Source: a virus | Lineage: Duplodnaviria; Caudoviricetes | DNA length: 64,000 nucleotides | Direction: 5' to 3' (one strand) | IMG/VR virus record: IMGVR_UViG_3300030106_006201 | Coordinates: 1,667 to 65,666 of that record | Shown here: piece after piece, positions 1-9,189 of the stretch | How positions within the stretch are numbered: position 1 is the stretch's first letter | Layout of the letters: every line of letters starts with the position of its first letter | The notes under the pieces: model-generated | What the model was told of the DNA's origin: nothing | The model's input: only the letters and a program-made list of their open reading frames with translations | Databases searched by the model: none | Translations under genes and position numbers: made by a program

Positions 1-1
1 C

Positions 2-586
2 GAGCTGCAATGCCAGCACGGCATGGCGGTCACCGGCGCGGACGGCGCGTATGTGGCCGGCCTGATCGGCGGGAACAGGTTGCGCTACGAGTATGTGCCG
101 CGTGACGAACGGCTGATCGACATTCTGGTGGCCGCCGAGCAGCACGCCTGGGAAACCTATGTGCTCGGTGACGCGGAGCCCCCGATCGACGGGTCGGATG
201 CGACCGCGGAGGCTATCGCGCAGCGCTGGCCGCGCCGCGCCGGAGTGACCGCGCAGGCCGCCGACGAGGGCGCCGTTCGCCGCGCGGTCCGCGACTATCA
301 GGGGGCGGCGCAGGCCGAGAAAGACGCCAAGGCCGCCAAATCGCGCGCCACCAACGAGCTGAACGCACTCATGGCCGGCGCAGACGTTTTGGTCGACGCG
401 CAGGGCCGCAAACTGGTGGCCCGCAAAGGCGGCCAGCTGCGCGAAAAACAGTTCATCGACGACCTCGACGGGGCACCCGAGTGGCTGCACAAAGTCGAGA
501 AAGTGGACCGGGATCGGCTCAAAGCCGAAGACCCCGAGCTGTATCGCAAATATCAGGCAACATCGATTTACATTCCGAAAGGCTAG
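2..586 (+). CDS. YqaJ/RecE-like exonuclease (5' truncated by window edge)
   Basis: Open from the window start; QCQHGMAVTG...YVAGLIGG motif typical of the YqaJ C-terminal half; directly upstream of recT. Confidence 0.8.
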   Translation, partial: ELQCQHGMAVTGADGAYVAGLIGGNRLRYEYVPRDERLIDILVAAEQHAWETYVLGDAEPPIDGSDATAEAIAQRWPRRAGVTAQAADEGAVRRAVRDYQGAAQAEKDAKAAKSRATNELNALMAGADVLVDAQGRKLVARKGGQLREKQFIDDLDGAPEWLHKVEKVDRDRLKAEDPELYRKYQATSIYIPKG

Positions 587-588
587 AC

Positions 589-1695
589 ATGGGTAGGGAT
601 TTGGCGAACCGGGCCGCCCAGCAGGTGGAGCGGCAGCAGCAGGGCGGCGTCGATCTGAAACAGCAGATCGTGTCGATGGAGGCGCAGTTTCAGCGGGCCA
701 TGCCGAAGGGCCTGGAGGCCAAGCAGTTGATCCGCGACATTTTCACCTGCATGTCGAACACCCCCAAGTTGGCGATCTGCGAACCGAAATCGGTTCTGGG
801 CGCGGCCATGACATGCAGCCAGCTCGGTTTGCGGCCGGGGGTGGGGGCGCTGGGGCACGCCTGGATTCTGCCGTTCTGGGATTCGAAAACCGGGGGGCAG
901 CGCGCCCAACTGATCATCGGGTACAAGGGCTACATCGAGCTGGGACACCGCTCGGAGCAGATCGCGTCGCTGCATTCACGGATCGTGTACGCCAACGACG
1001 AGTTCGACATGGAGTACGGTGCGGCTGAGGACCGGTGGGTGCACAAACCGTATTTCACGGTGGGGCATGACGAGCCGGGCGCGCCGCGCCTGTTCTACGC
1101 GGTGGGCCGCCTGGCTAACGGCGGCTATTCGCTGGCCGACCCGATGACGCTGCGGCAGATGGAGCAGCACAGGGACCGGTTCGCGATGGCGCGCGACAAG
1201 CAGCGAAACGTGGTGGGGCCGTGGCGCGACCACTTCGAGGCCATGTCGCAGAAAACGATGCTGCTGCGGCTGATGGCGCTGATGCCGAAGTCGACGGAGA
1301 TAAGCCGGGCGTTGGACAACGACGGGGCGGTGCGCGTCGACTTGGACCCGGGTGCGATTGACGAGCCTGCCCACATCGACGGCGAGGTCATCGTCGACGA
1401 CGAGGCCGCGCCTGATGCGGGCCAGCCGGAGCGTGAACGCGTCGAGGTGCAGCAGCCGGCCCGCGACACTGGCGGCGACACCACCCAATCCGCTACCATG
1501 ATCACGGAACGGCAGTTGACGGCGATCAACACGGCGCTGTCGAAAGAGGGGCTCGGCGGCAACACCGCCGAGCAGCGAGAAGCCAAACTAGCGTGGCTCA
1601 CCCAAGCTGTCGGCCGCGAAATCGGCTCCACGAAAGATCTGACTCAGGCCGAAGCCACGGACCTGATCAGCCTACTGAAAGGCGACACCAAATGA
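589..1695 (+). CDS. recT: RecT-like ssDNA annealing protein
   Basis: SVLGAAMTCSQLGLRP...AQLIIGYKGYIEL...W..HFEAMSQKT motifs; ATG at 589. Confidence 0.9.
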   Translation: MGRDLANRAAQQVERQQQGGVDLKQQIVSMEAQFQRAMPKGLEAKQLIRDIFTCMSNTPKLAICEPKSVLGAAMTCSQLGLRPGVGALGHAWILPFWDSKTGGQRAQLIIGYKGYIELGHRSEQIASLHSRIVYANDEFDMEYGAAEDRWVHKPYFTVGHDEPGAPRLFYAVGRLANGGYSLADPMTLRQMEQHRDRFAMARDKQRNVVGPWRDHFEAMSQKTMLLRLMALMPKSTEISRALDNDGAVRVDLDPGAIDEPAHIDGEVIVDDEAAPDAGQPERERVEVQQPARDTGGDTTQSATMITERQLTAINTALSKEGLGGNTAEQREAKLAWLTQAVGREIGSTKDLTQAEATDLISLLKGDTK

Positions 1696-1964
1696 GCGGT
1701 ACCCGGCCCCTTCTGGTCGACCAGGACGAGAACGAGCACGGCGAATTTTGGGTGCGGCTGCGCGGTGGGAACGGCATGAAAACGTTCACCTCCGAAATGC
1801 ACCCCACCCGCTCCAACGCGGTGCGCGCCGCCCGCGCCTACATCGCCGCCATCGAGCCCGTGCCCGTCATCTTCACCTACTGGACCGGGAAACTGCCCGA
1901 CCGGGACCAAACCCGCAAAGTGCGGGCCGCCGAGAAAGTCACCGAACGGTTCCACGGGGCATGA
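1692..1964 (+). CDS. DUF1508/YegP-like small protein
   Basis: GEFWVRLRGGNG..TSE....SNAVRA pattern; ATGA overlap with recT. Confidence 0.55.
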   Translation: MSGTRPLLVDQDENEHGEFWVRLRGGNGMKTFTSEMHPTRSNAVRAARAYIAAIEPVPVIFTYWTGKLPDRDQTRKVRAAEKVTERFHGA

Positions 1965-4207
1965 CCGGCGACGACTACCGCCAGTTCCTGGCGCGCAAGC
2001 AGGTGCGCGCCGAGCAGGCCGGCCCCGACGTGTCCCCGGGCGATGTGAACGGGTTCCTGCACCCGTGGCAGCGCGAGATCGTGGCGTGGGCGGTGAAGGT
2101 TGGTCGGGCCGCGCTGTGGGAGGACACAGGGCTGGGAAAGACGATCCAGCAGCTCGAATGGGCGCGCCTCGCGGGCGGGCCTGCGCTGATCATCGCCCCG
2201 TTGGCGGTGTGCCAGCAGACGGCTCGCGAGGCCCGCAAGCTGGGCATACTCGCCGAGTATGTGCGCGACCCTGCAGAGTTGGCCGCAACACCCGCCGACA
2301 TGCACATCACCAACTACGAACGGGTGGCCGCGTTCGACCCGGCACAATTCAACGCCGTTGTGCTAGACGAGTGTTTTGCTGTCGGCACATCAGTGGACAC
2401 CCCTGACGGGCCTAAGTCAATTGAACTTTTCAATATAGGCGACCGGGTAGAATCGGCGGCAGGCCCCGCAACCGTCTGGGACGTTCACCGCAGAGAGGTT
2501 CCTTATGCCATCGCAGTCAAATCGCAAGGGCAGGAAGTTGTCTGCTCGCCCAACCACCCTTGGTTCACTCAGCGAGGATGGGTCGGGGCGCAGGATCTCG
2601 AACCGGGAGATTCACTTGTCGATACAGCCGAAGCCGTGCGAATGGTGCGGCGAGCCGTTCGCCAAGAAATCGGCGACAGCGCACCGCAAGGCGCGTTTCT
2701 GCAATCGGTCCTGCTCAGCGAAATGGCGAATGAGGCAGCCGGAACACCTTGCCAAAGTGCACAATCCGACAGTGGCCGCGAAGCGTGGGGCAAAGCGGGC
2801 GGAATGGTTTCGGTCGAGGTCTCCCGAGGCGCAAGCACAGCTGGAGCGCATACGAAACCTGCGGCCGATGCTGAATCCAGAAAGTCGAGCCAAGGTCTCC
2901 CGCCGATTGAAAGAGATCGGCCACAAACCTTCCGTGCGTGGGGGAAATGGTCAGGGCCCGACTGTGCCGCAGTCGATGCTGCTGGCAATGTTGGACGATT
3001 CGTGGCAGGCGGAGCTTGCAGTGTCTTTGGGGCCACGGGAACCCGGCTATCCGACGCACTACAAGCTCGACTTAGGCAACGCCGCAATGAAAGTCGGCAT
3101 CGAGCTGGATGGTCACTCGCATCACTCAAGGAAAGCGCTGGACCGCAAGAAAGACAACAAGCTGGCTTCGCTCGGGTGGACAGTATTGCGGTTCTGGAAC
3201 CATCAGATCCTCGACTGGATAGCAGCCGGGGCGCCGACGGGCGACTGTATTTCTACGACCTTGGAGTCACACGGCATCCGTCTTATTCGGTGAACGGCCA
3301 TCTAGTGCACAACAGTTCGATTCTCAAGCAGTCCGATGGGGCCACCCGGACGGCGCTGATCCGGTGGGCGCGTGATGTGCCGTTCCGGCTGGCGTGCTCA
3401 GCCACGCCGGCGCCGAACGACCCGGAAGAGTTGACGAGCCAGGCCGAATGGTTGGGGCGCATGACGCGCACCAACATGCTGGCCGCCTACTTTGTGCACG
3501 ACCAGGCGGGCTGGCGGATGAAGCATCACGCGTGGCGGCCCATGATGCAGTGGATGGCGCAGTGGGCGGTGGCGCTGACCCGGCCGTCCGACGTGGGCGG
3601 CGACGACACCGGATACGACCTGCCGGGCCTGAACATCGTGCCGCAGATCGTGCAGGCCGACATCGCCGCCGACGGGCAACTGTTCGCGACCAGCGTGGGC
3701 GGCGTTTCCGGGCGTGCCAAGGTGCGTAAGCAGACCCTTGCGGAGCGCGTGGAACGCGCCGCCAAGCTGGTCGCCGAAGAGCCCGGGCCGTGGATCATGT
3801 GGTGCGGGCTCAACGCCGAGGCCGACGCGCTGACCGCGGCGATACCGGGCGCGGTGAATGTGCACGGCTCGATGGATCCTGACGAGAAGGCGGCGAAACT
3901 GCTCGGTTTCGCGGACGGCGAGTTCGACGTGCTGGTCACCAAGCCGTCGATCGCTTCGCAGGGCCTCAACTATCAGCACTGTCACCGCATGGCCTTTGTG
4001 GGCTTGGGTGATTCGTACGAGCAGTACTACCAGGCGATCCGCCGCTGCTACCGATACGGGCAGACCGAGGTGGTGGACGCGCACGTGATCGTGTCCGATG
4101 TGGAACGTCAGATCGCGGCCAATGTGGCGCGCAAAGAGCAGCAGGCCCACCGAATCACCACAGAGCTGGTCGCCGAGATGCAGCGCAACCGGAAGGGGGC
4201 GGCGTGA
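1961..4207 (+). CDS. SNF2/SF2 helicase precursor containing an intein
   Basis: Walker A EDTGLGKT, ITNYER, Walker B VVLDE|S, SATPAPND, motif VI QAIRRCYRYGQ; ATGA overlap start. Confidence 0.9.
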   Translation: MTGDDYRQFLARKQVRAEQAGPDVSPGDVNGFLHPWQREIVAWAVKVGRAALWEDTGLGKTIQQLEWARLAGGPALIIAPLAVCQQTAREARKLGILAEYVRDPAELAATPADMHITNYERVAAFDPAQFNAVVLDECFAVGTSVDTPDGPKSIELFNIGDRVESAAGPATVWDVHRREVPYAIAVKSQGQEVVCSPNHPWFTQRGWVGAQDLEPGDSLVDTAEAVRMVRRAVRQEIGDSAPQGAFLQSVLLSEMANEAAGTPCQSAQSDSGREAWGKAGGMVSVEVSRGASTAGAHTKPAADAESRKSSQGLPPIERDRPQTFRAWGKWSGPDCAAVDAAGNVGRFVAGGACSVFGATGTRLSDALQARLRQRRNESRHRAGWSLASLKESAGPQERQQAGFARVDSIAVLEPSDPRLDSSRGADGRLYFYDLGVTRHPSYSVNGHLVHNSSILKQSDGATRTALIRWARDVPFRLACSATPAPNDPEELTSQAEWLGRMTRTNMLAAYFVHDQAGWRMKHHAWRPMMQWMAQWAVALTRPSDVGGDDTGYDLPGLNIVPQIVQADIAADGQLFATSVGGVSGRAKVRKQTLAERVERAAKLVAEEPGPWIMWCGLNAEADALTAAIPGAVNVHGSMDPDEKAAKLLGFADGEFDVLVTKPSIASQGLNYQHCHRMAFVGLGDSYEQYYQAIRRCYRYGQTEVVDAHVIVSDVERQIAANVARKEQQAHRITTELVAEMQRNRKGAA
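2372..3313 (+). mobile_element. Intein (314 aa) inserted in the helicase Walker B motif
   Basis: Block A CFAVGTSVDTPDG, block B CSPNHPWFT, block F FYDLGV, block G LVHN followed by Ser +1; removal restores VVLDESSILK. Confidence 0.93.
2505..3293 (+). CDS. Vsr/DUF559-like (putative homing) endonuclease nested in the +1 frame of the intein
   Basis: CEWC..FCNRSC Zn motif, NUMOD3-like NPESRAKVS, catalytic-type YKLDLG..KVGIELDGHSHH..DRKKD..L...GWTVLRFWN; GAGAGGT SD upstream of the ATG. Confidence 0.85.
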   Translation: MPSQSNRKGRKLSARPTTLGSLSEDGSGRRISNREIHLSIQPKPCEWCGEPFAKKSATAHRKARFCNRSCSAKWRMRQPEHLAKVHNPTVAAKRGAKRAEWFRSRSPEAQAQLERIRNLRPMLNPESRAKVSRRLKEIGHKPSVRGGNGQGPTVPQSMLLAMLDDSWQAELAVSLGPREPGYPTHYKLDLGNAAMKVGIELDGHSHHSRKALDRKKDNKLASLGWTVLRFWNHQILDWIAAGAPTGDCISTTLESHGIRLIR

Positions 4208-4685
4208 AAGTTGAGTGGCGGCCGGTGCCAGGGTTTGAAGGCAGATACGAAGTTAGCAACGATGGCCAGGTAGCCAGCTTGCCCACCAGAACATGGCCCA
4301 CGCGCCGAATAATCGCGGTTGTAATAGCTAAGCGTGGCGGCTATCCGACCGTCGTGCTGCATATGAACAACAAACAATACGCGCGCAAGATTCACCGCCT
4401 AGTCTGTGCAGCATTCAACGGTCCAGCCCCGGCAGGCGCCACCCTAGTCCGTCACCTGGACGGTGTTGTCACCAACAATGTTCCATCCAATCTGGCATGG
4501 GGGACGACTAGTGATAACTTGCTTGATGCGGTTCGCCACGGCACGCACTTCTCGGCAAAAAAACGCACTGCAAAATGGGCCACCCTTTGAGTGGCGACAA
4601 CCTTTATATCAACGCATCCAGTGGATCTCGGCAATGCCGGATCTGCCAGGCTGCCGCAAAACGGAGATATGCCAATGCTCGATGA
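4204..4685 (+). CDS. NUMOD4-HNH homing endonuclease, split by a -1 frameshift at an A7 tract (zero frame stops at 4590)
   Basis: WRPVPGFEGRYEVSNDG, HRLVC, VRHLDG..NN..NL; the -1 frame after 4563 gives THCKMGHPLSGDNLY..RQCRIC, matching the C-termini of the two other HNH genes. Confidence 0.8.
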
Positions 4686-5625
4686 CTATGTGACCGCCGA
4701 CGAGTCGGGCGAGAACTGGACGATGATGCTGGGCGACGCGTGCGAGCGTCTCGGTGAGATCGCCACGGACTCTGTCGATCTGAGTGTTCAAAGCCCTCCG
4801 TTCGCGGGCTTGTTCATCTATTCGCCGTCGCCGCGCGACCTCGGAAACTCAGCGAGCACCGGTGAGTTCATGCAACATTACTCGTTTGTGATCCGGGAGC
4901 AGTTGCGGGTGACCCGGCCTGGCCGTTGGGCGTGCGTGCATGTGCAGAACACGACGACCACGAAGGCCACGCACGGGCACATGGGGGTTGTCGACTTCCG
5001 GGGTGATGTGATCCGAGAGTTCGTGAAGGCCGGCTGGATTTTCGGCGGCGAAGTGACTGTGTTCAAAGATCCGCAGGCGCAGGCGATCCGAACGAAGGCG
5101 CACGCTTTGATGTTTGTGACGAAGAACCGGGACAGCGCGGGCTCGCGTCCCGCCTTGGCGGACTATTTGCTGCTGTTCCGCAAGCCGGGCGAGAACGCGG
5201 TGCCGATCAAAACCGATGTCACGAACGATGAGTGGATCGAGTGGGCCGGCCCGATCTGGTTGGATCACCACGACGGGGGCTGGCTGGCCGAGGACGGGCT
5301 GGTCTGCCCGGTGTGGTTCGGTATCCGGGAGTCGGACACGCTGAACGTGAAGGTGGCCCGCGAGGACGCCGACGAGCGTCACATTACGCCTTTGCAGTTG
5401 GCGTTCGTGGATCGTTGTGTGCGGCTGTGGTCGAATCCGGGCGAGCTGGTGTTGAGCCCGTTCGCGGGGATCGGCTCGGAGCTGTATCAGGCGGTGAAGC
5501 GTGGCCGCCGCGCGACTGGGGTGGAGTTGAAGCCCAGCTATTTCCACACGGCCGTGGAGAATTTGCGTCGCCTCGAATCCGAGATGGCGGCCCCAACCTT
5601 GTTCGATGAAAGTGAGGCGTTGTGA
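4675..5625 (+). CDS. DNA amino-methyltransferase (N4C/N6A, beta class)
   Basis: Motif IV SPPF precedes motif I VLSPFAGIGS; HITP; GGAG SD at 4663. Confidence 0.88.
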   Translation: MLDDYVTADESGENWTMMLGDACERLGEIATDSVDLSVQSPPFAGLFIYSPSPRDLGNSASTGEFMQHYSFVIREQLRVTRPGRWACVHVQNTTTTKATHGHMGVVDFRGDVIREFVKAGWIFGGEVTVFKDPQAQAIRTKAHALMFVTKNRDSAGSRPALADYLLLFRKPGENAVPIKTDVTNDEWIEWAGPIWLDHHDGGWLAEDGLVCPVWFGIRESDTLNVKVAREDADERHITPLQLAFVDRCVRLWSNPGELVLSPFAGIGSELYQAVKRGRRATGVELKPSYFHTAVENLRRLESEMAAPTLFDESEAL

Positions 5626-5843
5626 GTCAGAAGGAACACCCTGCGTTGCGTAGGGCGTATGAGTGGGGTCTTACGCGCGGCGAAGTGGCGGAGGTGTCGT
5701 CGCGCGGCGTGACTGTGGCGGCGGATGTTTCGCCGGGCGACCAGGCAATCCGCCTGGCGCCGGGTTCGGAGGTGTTCGTGGTGACGGTGGATGAGCTGGT
5801 GGAGTTGGTCTCTTCCGCGGACGCTGCGGGGGTGAATCTGTGA
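5622..5843 (+). CDS. hypothetical protein
   Basis: GTGA overlaps at both ends. Confidence 0.6.
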   Translation: MSQKEHPALRRAYEWGLTRGEVAEVSSRGVTVAADVSPGDQAIRLAPGSEVFVVTVDELVELVSSADAAGVNL

Positions 5844-6982
5844 GGTTTGATCTGCATTCGGCGCTGCTGGCCGAATCTGTGGCGGCGGGTGTGTCGTCGC
5901 TGCCGGCGAAGCCTGCGGTGGCTGTCACGGCCGGTGTGTTGGTGGTGGCCGACGATGACGGTGTGCGGTTTTCGTCGTTCAACTATGACCGGGCCACCAC
6001 GCGCGCGGTGAAGGCCGATGTTGGCGAGGCTGGTCGGGTGGTGGTGTCGGGGCGCCTGCTGTCGACGGTGGCGGGTCTGTTGCCGAAGAATCGGGGTGTG
6101 GAGGTGGAGACCGATGGCCGGGAGTTGGCTGTCCGTTCTGGCCGCACCGTGTTCCGGCTGCCGCTGATGATCGCCGAGGACTACCCGGAGTTGCCGGCCC
6201 TGTCGGATGAGCATTGGGTGGGCGGCTTGGACGCGCAGTTGTTCGCGGATGCGGCGCGTCAGGTGGGTGCGTTCGCGTCGGTGGATCACGCGAAACCGGA
6301 GCTTGCCGCTTTGAACATGGCTGTGCAGGACGGGGATTTGGTGTTGTGCGCGTCGGATTCGTACACGGTTGCGCGGCGCCACATCCCGTTCTGTGATGGC
6401 GGGGACGGTCCGACGGTGATCAATGTTCCGGCCCCGGATGTGTTGGCGGTGTTGAAGGCGGTGGCGGGTACGGGTGTGGGTTCGGTGGATGTGTTGTTCG
6501 ACGGGAACATGCTGGGCCTGCGCACGGAGTCGACGACGGTGGTGACGCGCGTGCTGGCCGAGGAGTTCCCGAACATTGAGCGCATTTTGGCGGCGCCTGA
6601 GTATGAGTGCTGCGCGACGGTGTCGACGGCTGAGCTGTCGGCGATGGTGAAACGCGCGGGGGCTGTCGCCGATGACGAGTTCGCGACAGTGGCCGTGAGT
6701 GTGGCGAATGATGCTTTGTCGGTGGTGACTTTGCGGTCGCAGGCGGGGTCGACGGCTGACGAGATTGAGGCCGAGCATCACGGCCCGCCGCGACGCCTGG
6801 CGTTGAACGCCCGCAAGTTTCACGCCTGCCTGGCCGCGATCGAAGATCCGCAGGTGACGTTGGGGTTTCAGGCGGGCAAGCATCTGCTGAAGCTGCACCC
6901 GGGCGGGCCGGATGTGGACGGCGAACGCATCGGGGTGCCGGACACGGCGACCGTGGCCGCCATCATGGGCATCAGAGAGTAG
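5840..6982 (+). CDS. dnaN: DNA polymerase III beta sliding clamp-like protein
   Basis: 380 aa; LP.KP......GVL, SSFNYD, VVVSGRLL, LPLM..EDYPELP, ASDSY, EFPN. Confidence 0.85.
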   Translation: MRFDLHSALLAESVAAGVSSLPAKPAVAVTAGVLVVADDDGVRFSSFNYDRATTRAVKADVGEAGRVVVSGRLLSTVAGLLPKNRGVEVETDGRELAVRSGRTVFRLPLMIAEDYPELPALSDEHWVGGLDAQLFADAARQVGAFASVDHAKPELAALNMAVQDGDLVLCASDSYTVARRHIPFCDGGDGPTVINVPAPDVLAVLKAVAGTGVGSVDVLFDGNMLGLRTESTTVVTRVLAEEFPNIERILAAPEYECCATVSTAELSAMVKRAGAVADDEFATVAVSVANDALSVVTLRSQAGSTADEIEAEHHGPPRRLALNARKFHACLAAIEDPQVTLGFQAGKHLLKLHPGGPDVDGERIGVPDTATVAAIMGIRE

Positions 6983-6992
6983 CGGGCGCGCT

Positions 6993-7199
6993 GTGGACAT
7001 TTACGTGTGTCTCTACCAGAGTCGGGTGGTGGGCGCGTCCGCGAAATTGCAGGGCGCGGAGTTGATTCGGACTGACGAGGCTCAACGCCTGGTTGATCTA
7101 GGCTATCCCAACGACGCGGACACGGTGCGCAATGACGCATACTGCGTGTTCTACGACCGGATGACGATCGTGAACGTCGATCTGCGGGATCTCGACTGA
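6993..7199 (+). CDS. hypothetical protein
   Basis: GTG start, tightly packed in the operon. Confidence 0.55.
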   Translation: MDIYVCLYQSRVVGASAKLQGAELIRTDEAQRLVDLGYPNDADTVRNDAYCVFYDRMTIVNVDLRDLD

Positions 7200-7414
7200 T
7201 GGACTACGGCCAGGCTTTCGACGACATGTGCCCGCCGCGGGGATGCGAGTGTTTCGTGACGGATCCGTCCACGTGGTTCTACTACGGCAGCGCTGTCGAG
7301 CCGGGGAGTCAGCTGGAATGGAATCCGGACTGCCCGGTGCACGGCGACACCCCAATCGAGCGTGAAACCGCCCACGCGCTCGGCTATTACGCGACAGGGT
7401 GCCCGGTCCAATGA
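7199..7414 (+). CDS. Cys-rich hypothetical protein
   Basis: TGATG overlap; CEC...CPVHG. Confidence 0.6.
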   Translation: MDYGQAFDDMCPPRGCECFVTDPSTWFYYGSAVEPGSQLEWNPDCPVHGDTPIERETAHALGYYATGCPVQ

Positions 7415-7734
7415 CGCACAGTCCGTTTCACGAGGTGCCGATGTTTCAGGCGCGGTGCACGTCATGCGGCTACATCGAAACCGACTACGACGAGTTCGGC
7501 GGGTTCTCCGAGCCGGAGGGCGCCGTCGAGTTCGTCACCGAGGTCAGGGCTTGGCACCGCTCCGATGACTGGCCGCCAAGCGAGTTGCTGTGCGTGGCCT
7601 GCCAGAAGTGCGCGGTGTGCGGCGCTGACCCATGCTATCCGCACGACGACGGCCAGCACGTGGTGTGCGAGCAGCACGAGGACCACGACTTCGACAAACC
7701 TGCGCGCCCGCAACTCAGATCGGTTCCGTCGTGA
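7411..7734 (+). CDS. Cys-rich (Zn-binding) hypothetical protein
   Basis: ATGA overlap; several CxxC pairs. Confidence 0.6.
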   Translation: MTHSPFHEVPMFQARCTSCGYIETDYDEFGGFSEPEGAVEFVTEVRAWHRSDDWPPSELLCVACQKCAVCGADPCYPHDDGQHVVCEQHEDHDFDKPARPQLRSVPS

Positions 7735-7922
7735 GCGCGCACCGTTTCTGGGCTGTGCGCTGCGACCGGTGCGGCAGTCGGATCGTCACTGACCGGGTCA
7801 ACGTGCACCACGCCCGCGCCCAGGCCGCAGCGGAGGGCTGGACGCGCCCCCGGCACAACCCGGGACGCAACCAGATGCGCATCGACGTGTGCCCCGACTG
7901 CGCGAAACCCGGCGACCAATGA
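7731..7922 (+). CDS. Zn-ribbon hypothetical protein
   Basis: CDRC...GW...CPDC; GTGA overlap. Confidence 0.6.
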   Translation: MSAHRFWAVRCDRCGSRIVTDRVNVHHARAQAAAEGWTRPRHNPGRNQMRIDVCPDCAKPGDQ

Positions 7923-8110
7923 TGCCGGCCACAACCCTGTCGTTTCTGGAGCGCTACGACGAGCTGCACGGCCTGGGCGTCCCCGACTGGCAGGCTGCGA
8001 AACGGATGGGCATCACCTGCTCGTCGCTGGAACGGCAACTGGAACGGTACGGCCGGCCCGTGAGCGAGCTGCTACGAGACATCGCCCGAGAGGAACGCGA
8101 ACATGACTGA
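7919..8110 (+). CDS. HTH DNA-binding protein
   Basis: GVPDWQAAKRMGITCSSLERQL. Confidence 0.6.
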   Translation: MMPATTLSFLERYDELHGLGVPDWQAAKRMGITCSSLERQLERYGRPVSELLRDIAREEREHD

Positions 8111-8468
8111 CGAACTGACCGTAGACCAGCGCATCGCCGAGGCTCGGCGGCTGCTGACGCGGCGACCTGTCGATCCTGACGCTCACATAGTGTGGGACGC
8201 ACCCCCAATGCCGGGCACTTCTGCGGCGATCCATGAAGCCACGGCGCATAGTTTGCTGGCGATCGCGCAGATGATGGCCGCCGACCGGCGTGTGGTTGAT
8301 GCCGAAGTGACCGAGGACGAGGGTTGCCCGTCCGAGCTGTTGGGCCGCTGCGACGCGCTGCCCGGCGTGGTCGGCAACTACGTGCACCGCTGCACCGCCG
8401 ACCCGGGCCACGACGGGTTGCACGAATGCGGCTGCGGCAGGGTGTGGGGCAACCGTGACGACGACTGA
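8103..8468 (+). CDS. hypothetical protein
   Basis: GAGG SD; coupled to the upstream gene. Confidence 0.6.
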   Translation: MTDELTVDQRIAEARRLLTRRPVDPDAHIVWDAPPMPGTSAAIHEATAHSLLAIAQMMAADRRVVDAEVTEDEGCPSELLGRCDALPGVVGNYVHRCTADPGHDGLHECGCGRVWGNRDDD

Positions 8469-8581
8469 ATGGTGCCCCTGCTGCCAGCGCCACGACGCCC
8501 CGCACTGCCCCGCCGTGCGGCTCTGCCGGTTCCGCTACCCGTCCCGCCACCCCGGCCTGTGGGTCGACCGCATCTACGACC

Positions 8582-8785
8582 ATGTGTGGGCCACCGAAGA
8601 TGCGTAGGCCGCGCCTGTTGACCCGGCAGATCAGCGTGCGCGTCACCCGCGCCGAACACGCCGCACTCACCCGCATAGCCGCCGCCGAAAACACCTCCGT
8701 GTCCGAACTGGTCCGCACTGTGCTCACCGCCCACGCCATCGGCGACCAGCAGCAGCCGCGGCTCTGGGACGACGAAACCGAGTAG
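8582..8785 (+). CDS. ribbon-helix-helix DNA-binding protein
   Basis: ISVRVTRAEHAAL..IAAAENTSVSELVR. Confidence 0.7.
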   Translation: MCGPPKMRRPRLLTRQISVRVTRAEHAALTRIAAAENTSVSELVRTVLTAHAIGDQQQPRLWDDETE

Positions 8786-8817
8786 AGTCGTCGACCCATC
8801 TGGTAGGGTGCGAAGCT

Positions 8818-9189
8818 ATGGCAGAACCACAGCAGACAGAAGCGGCGGCGCCTAACCTGCTCGACGTGCTCGACAAGCATCAGGCAGCAGAATGCAGCTG
8901 GGGCATCGACGGCTGCGTATGCGAATGGGACGGCAGCCGCGAGAACCACCCCAGGCACGTCGCCGACGCGTGGCGGGAAGCCTGCACGATCCGCACTGCC
9001 GAACAACTCGACACGCTGCCAGTCGGCTCGGCAATCGTCGACTGTTTCGGCGACGTGTACCGGTCTCATGACCGGCCAGGCGTCCAGTCCCCCGCATGGC
9101 TGGTTTCTGGCGCGCTCCTGCGGTGGCTGTCCGACGAGATACCGATGCCTGTTCATGTGATCTGGCGGCCAGACTGGGCCGTCCAGTGA
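8818..9189 (+). CDS. hypothetical protein
   Basis: ORF with TIRTAEQLDTLPVGSAI motif seen in mycobacteriophage small proteins. Confidence 0.6.
   Translation: MAEPQQTEAAAPNLLDVLDKHQAAECSWGIDGCVCEWDGSRENHPRHVADAWREACTIRTAEQLDTLPVGSAIVDCFGDVYRSHDRPGVQSPAWLVSGALLRWLSDEIPMPVHVIWRPDWAVQ

Noticed and set aside
4591-4674. ORF-track GTG start for the MTase, or read-through from the HNH stop
   Set aside because: This segment encodes the HNH C-terminus in the -1 frame; the SD-supported ATG is at 4675.
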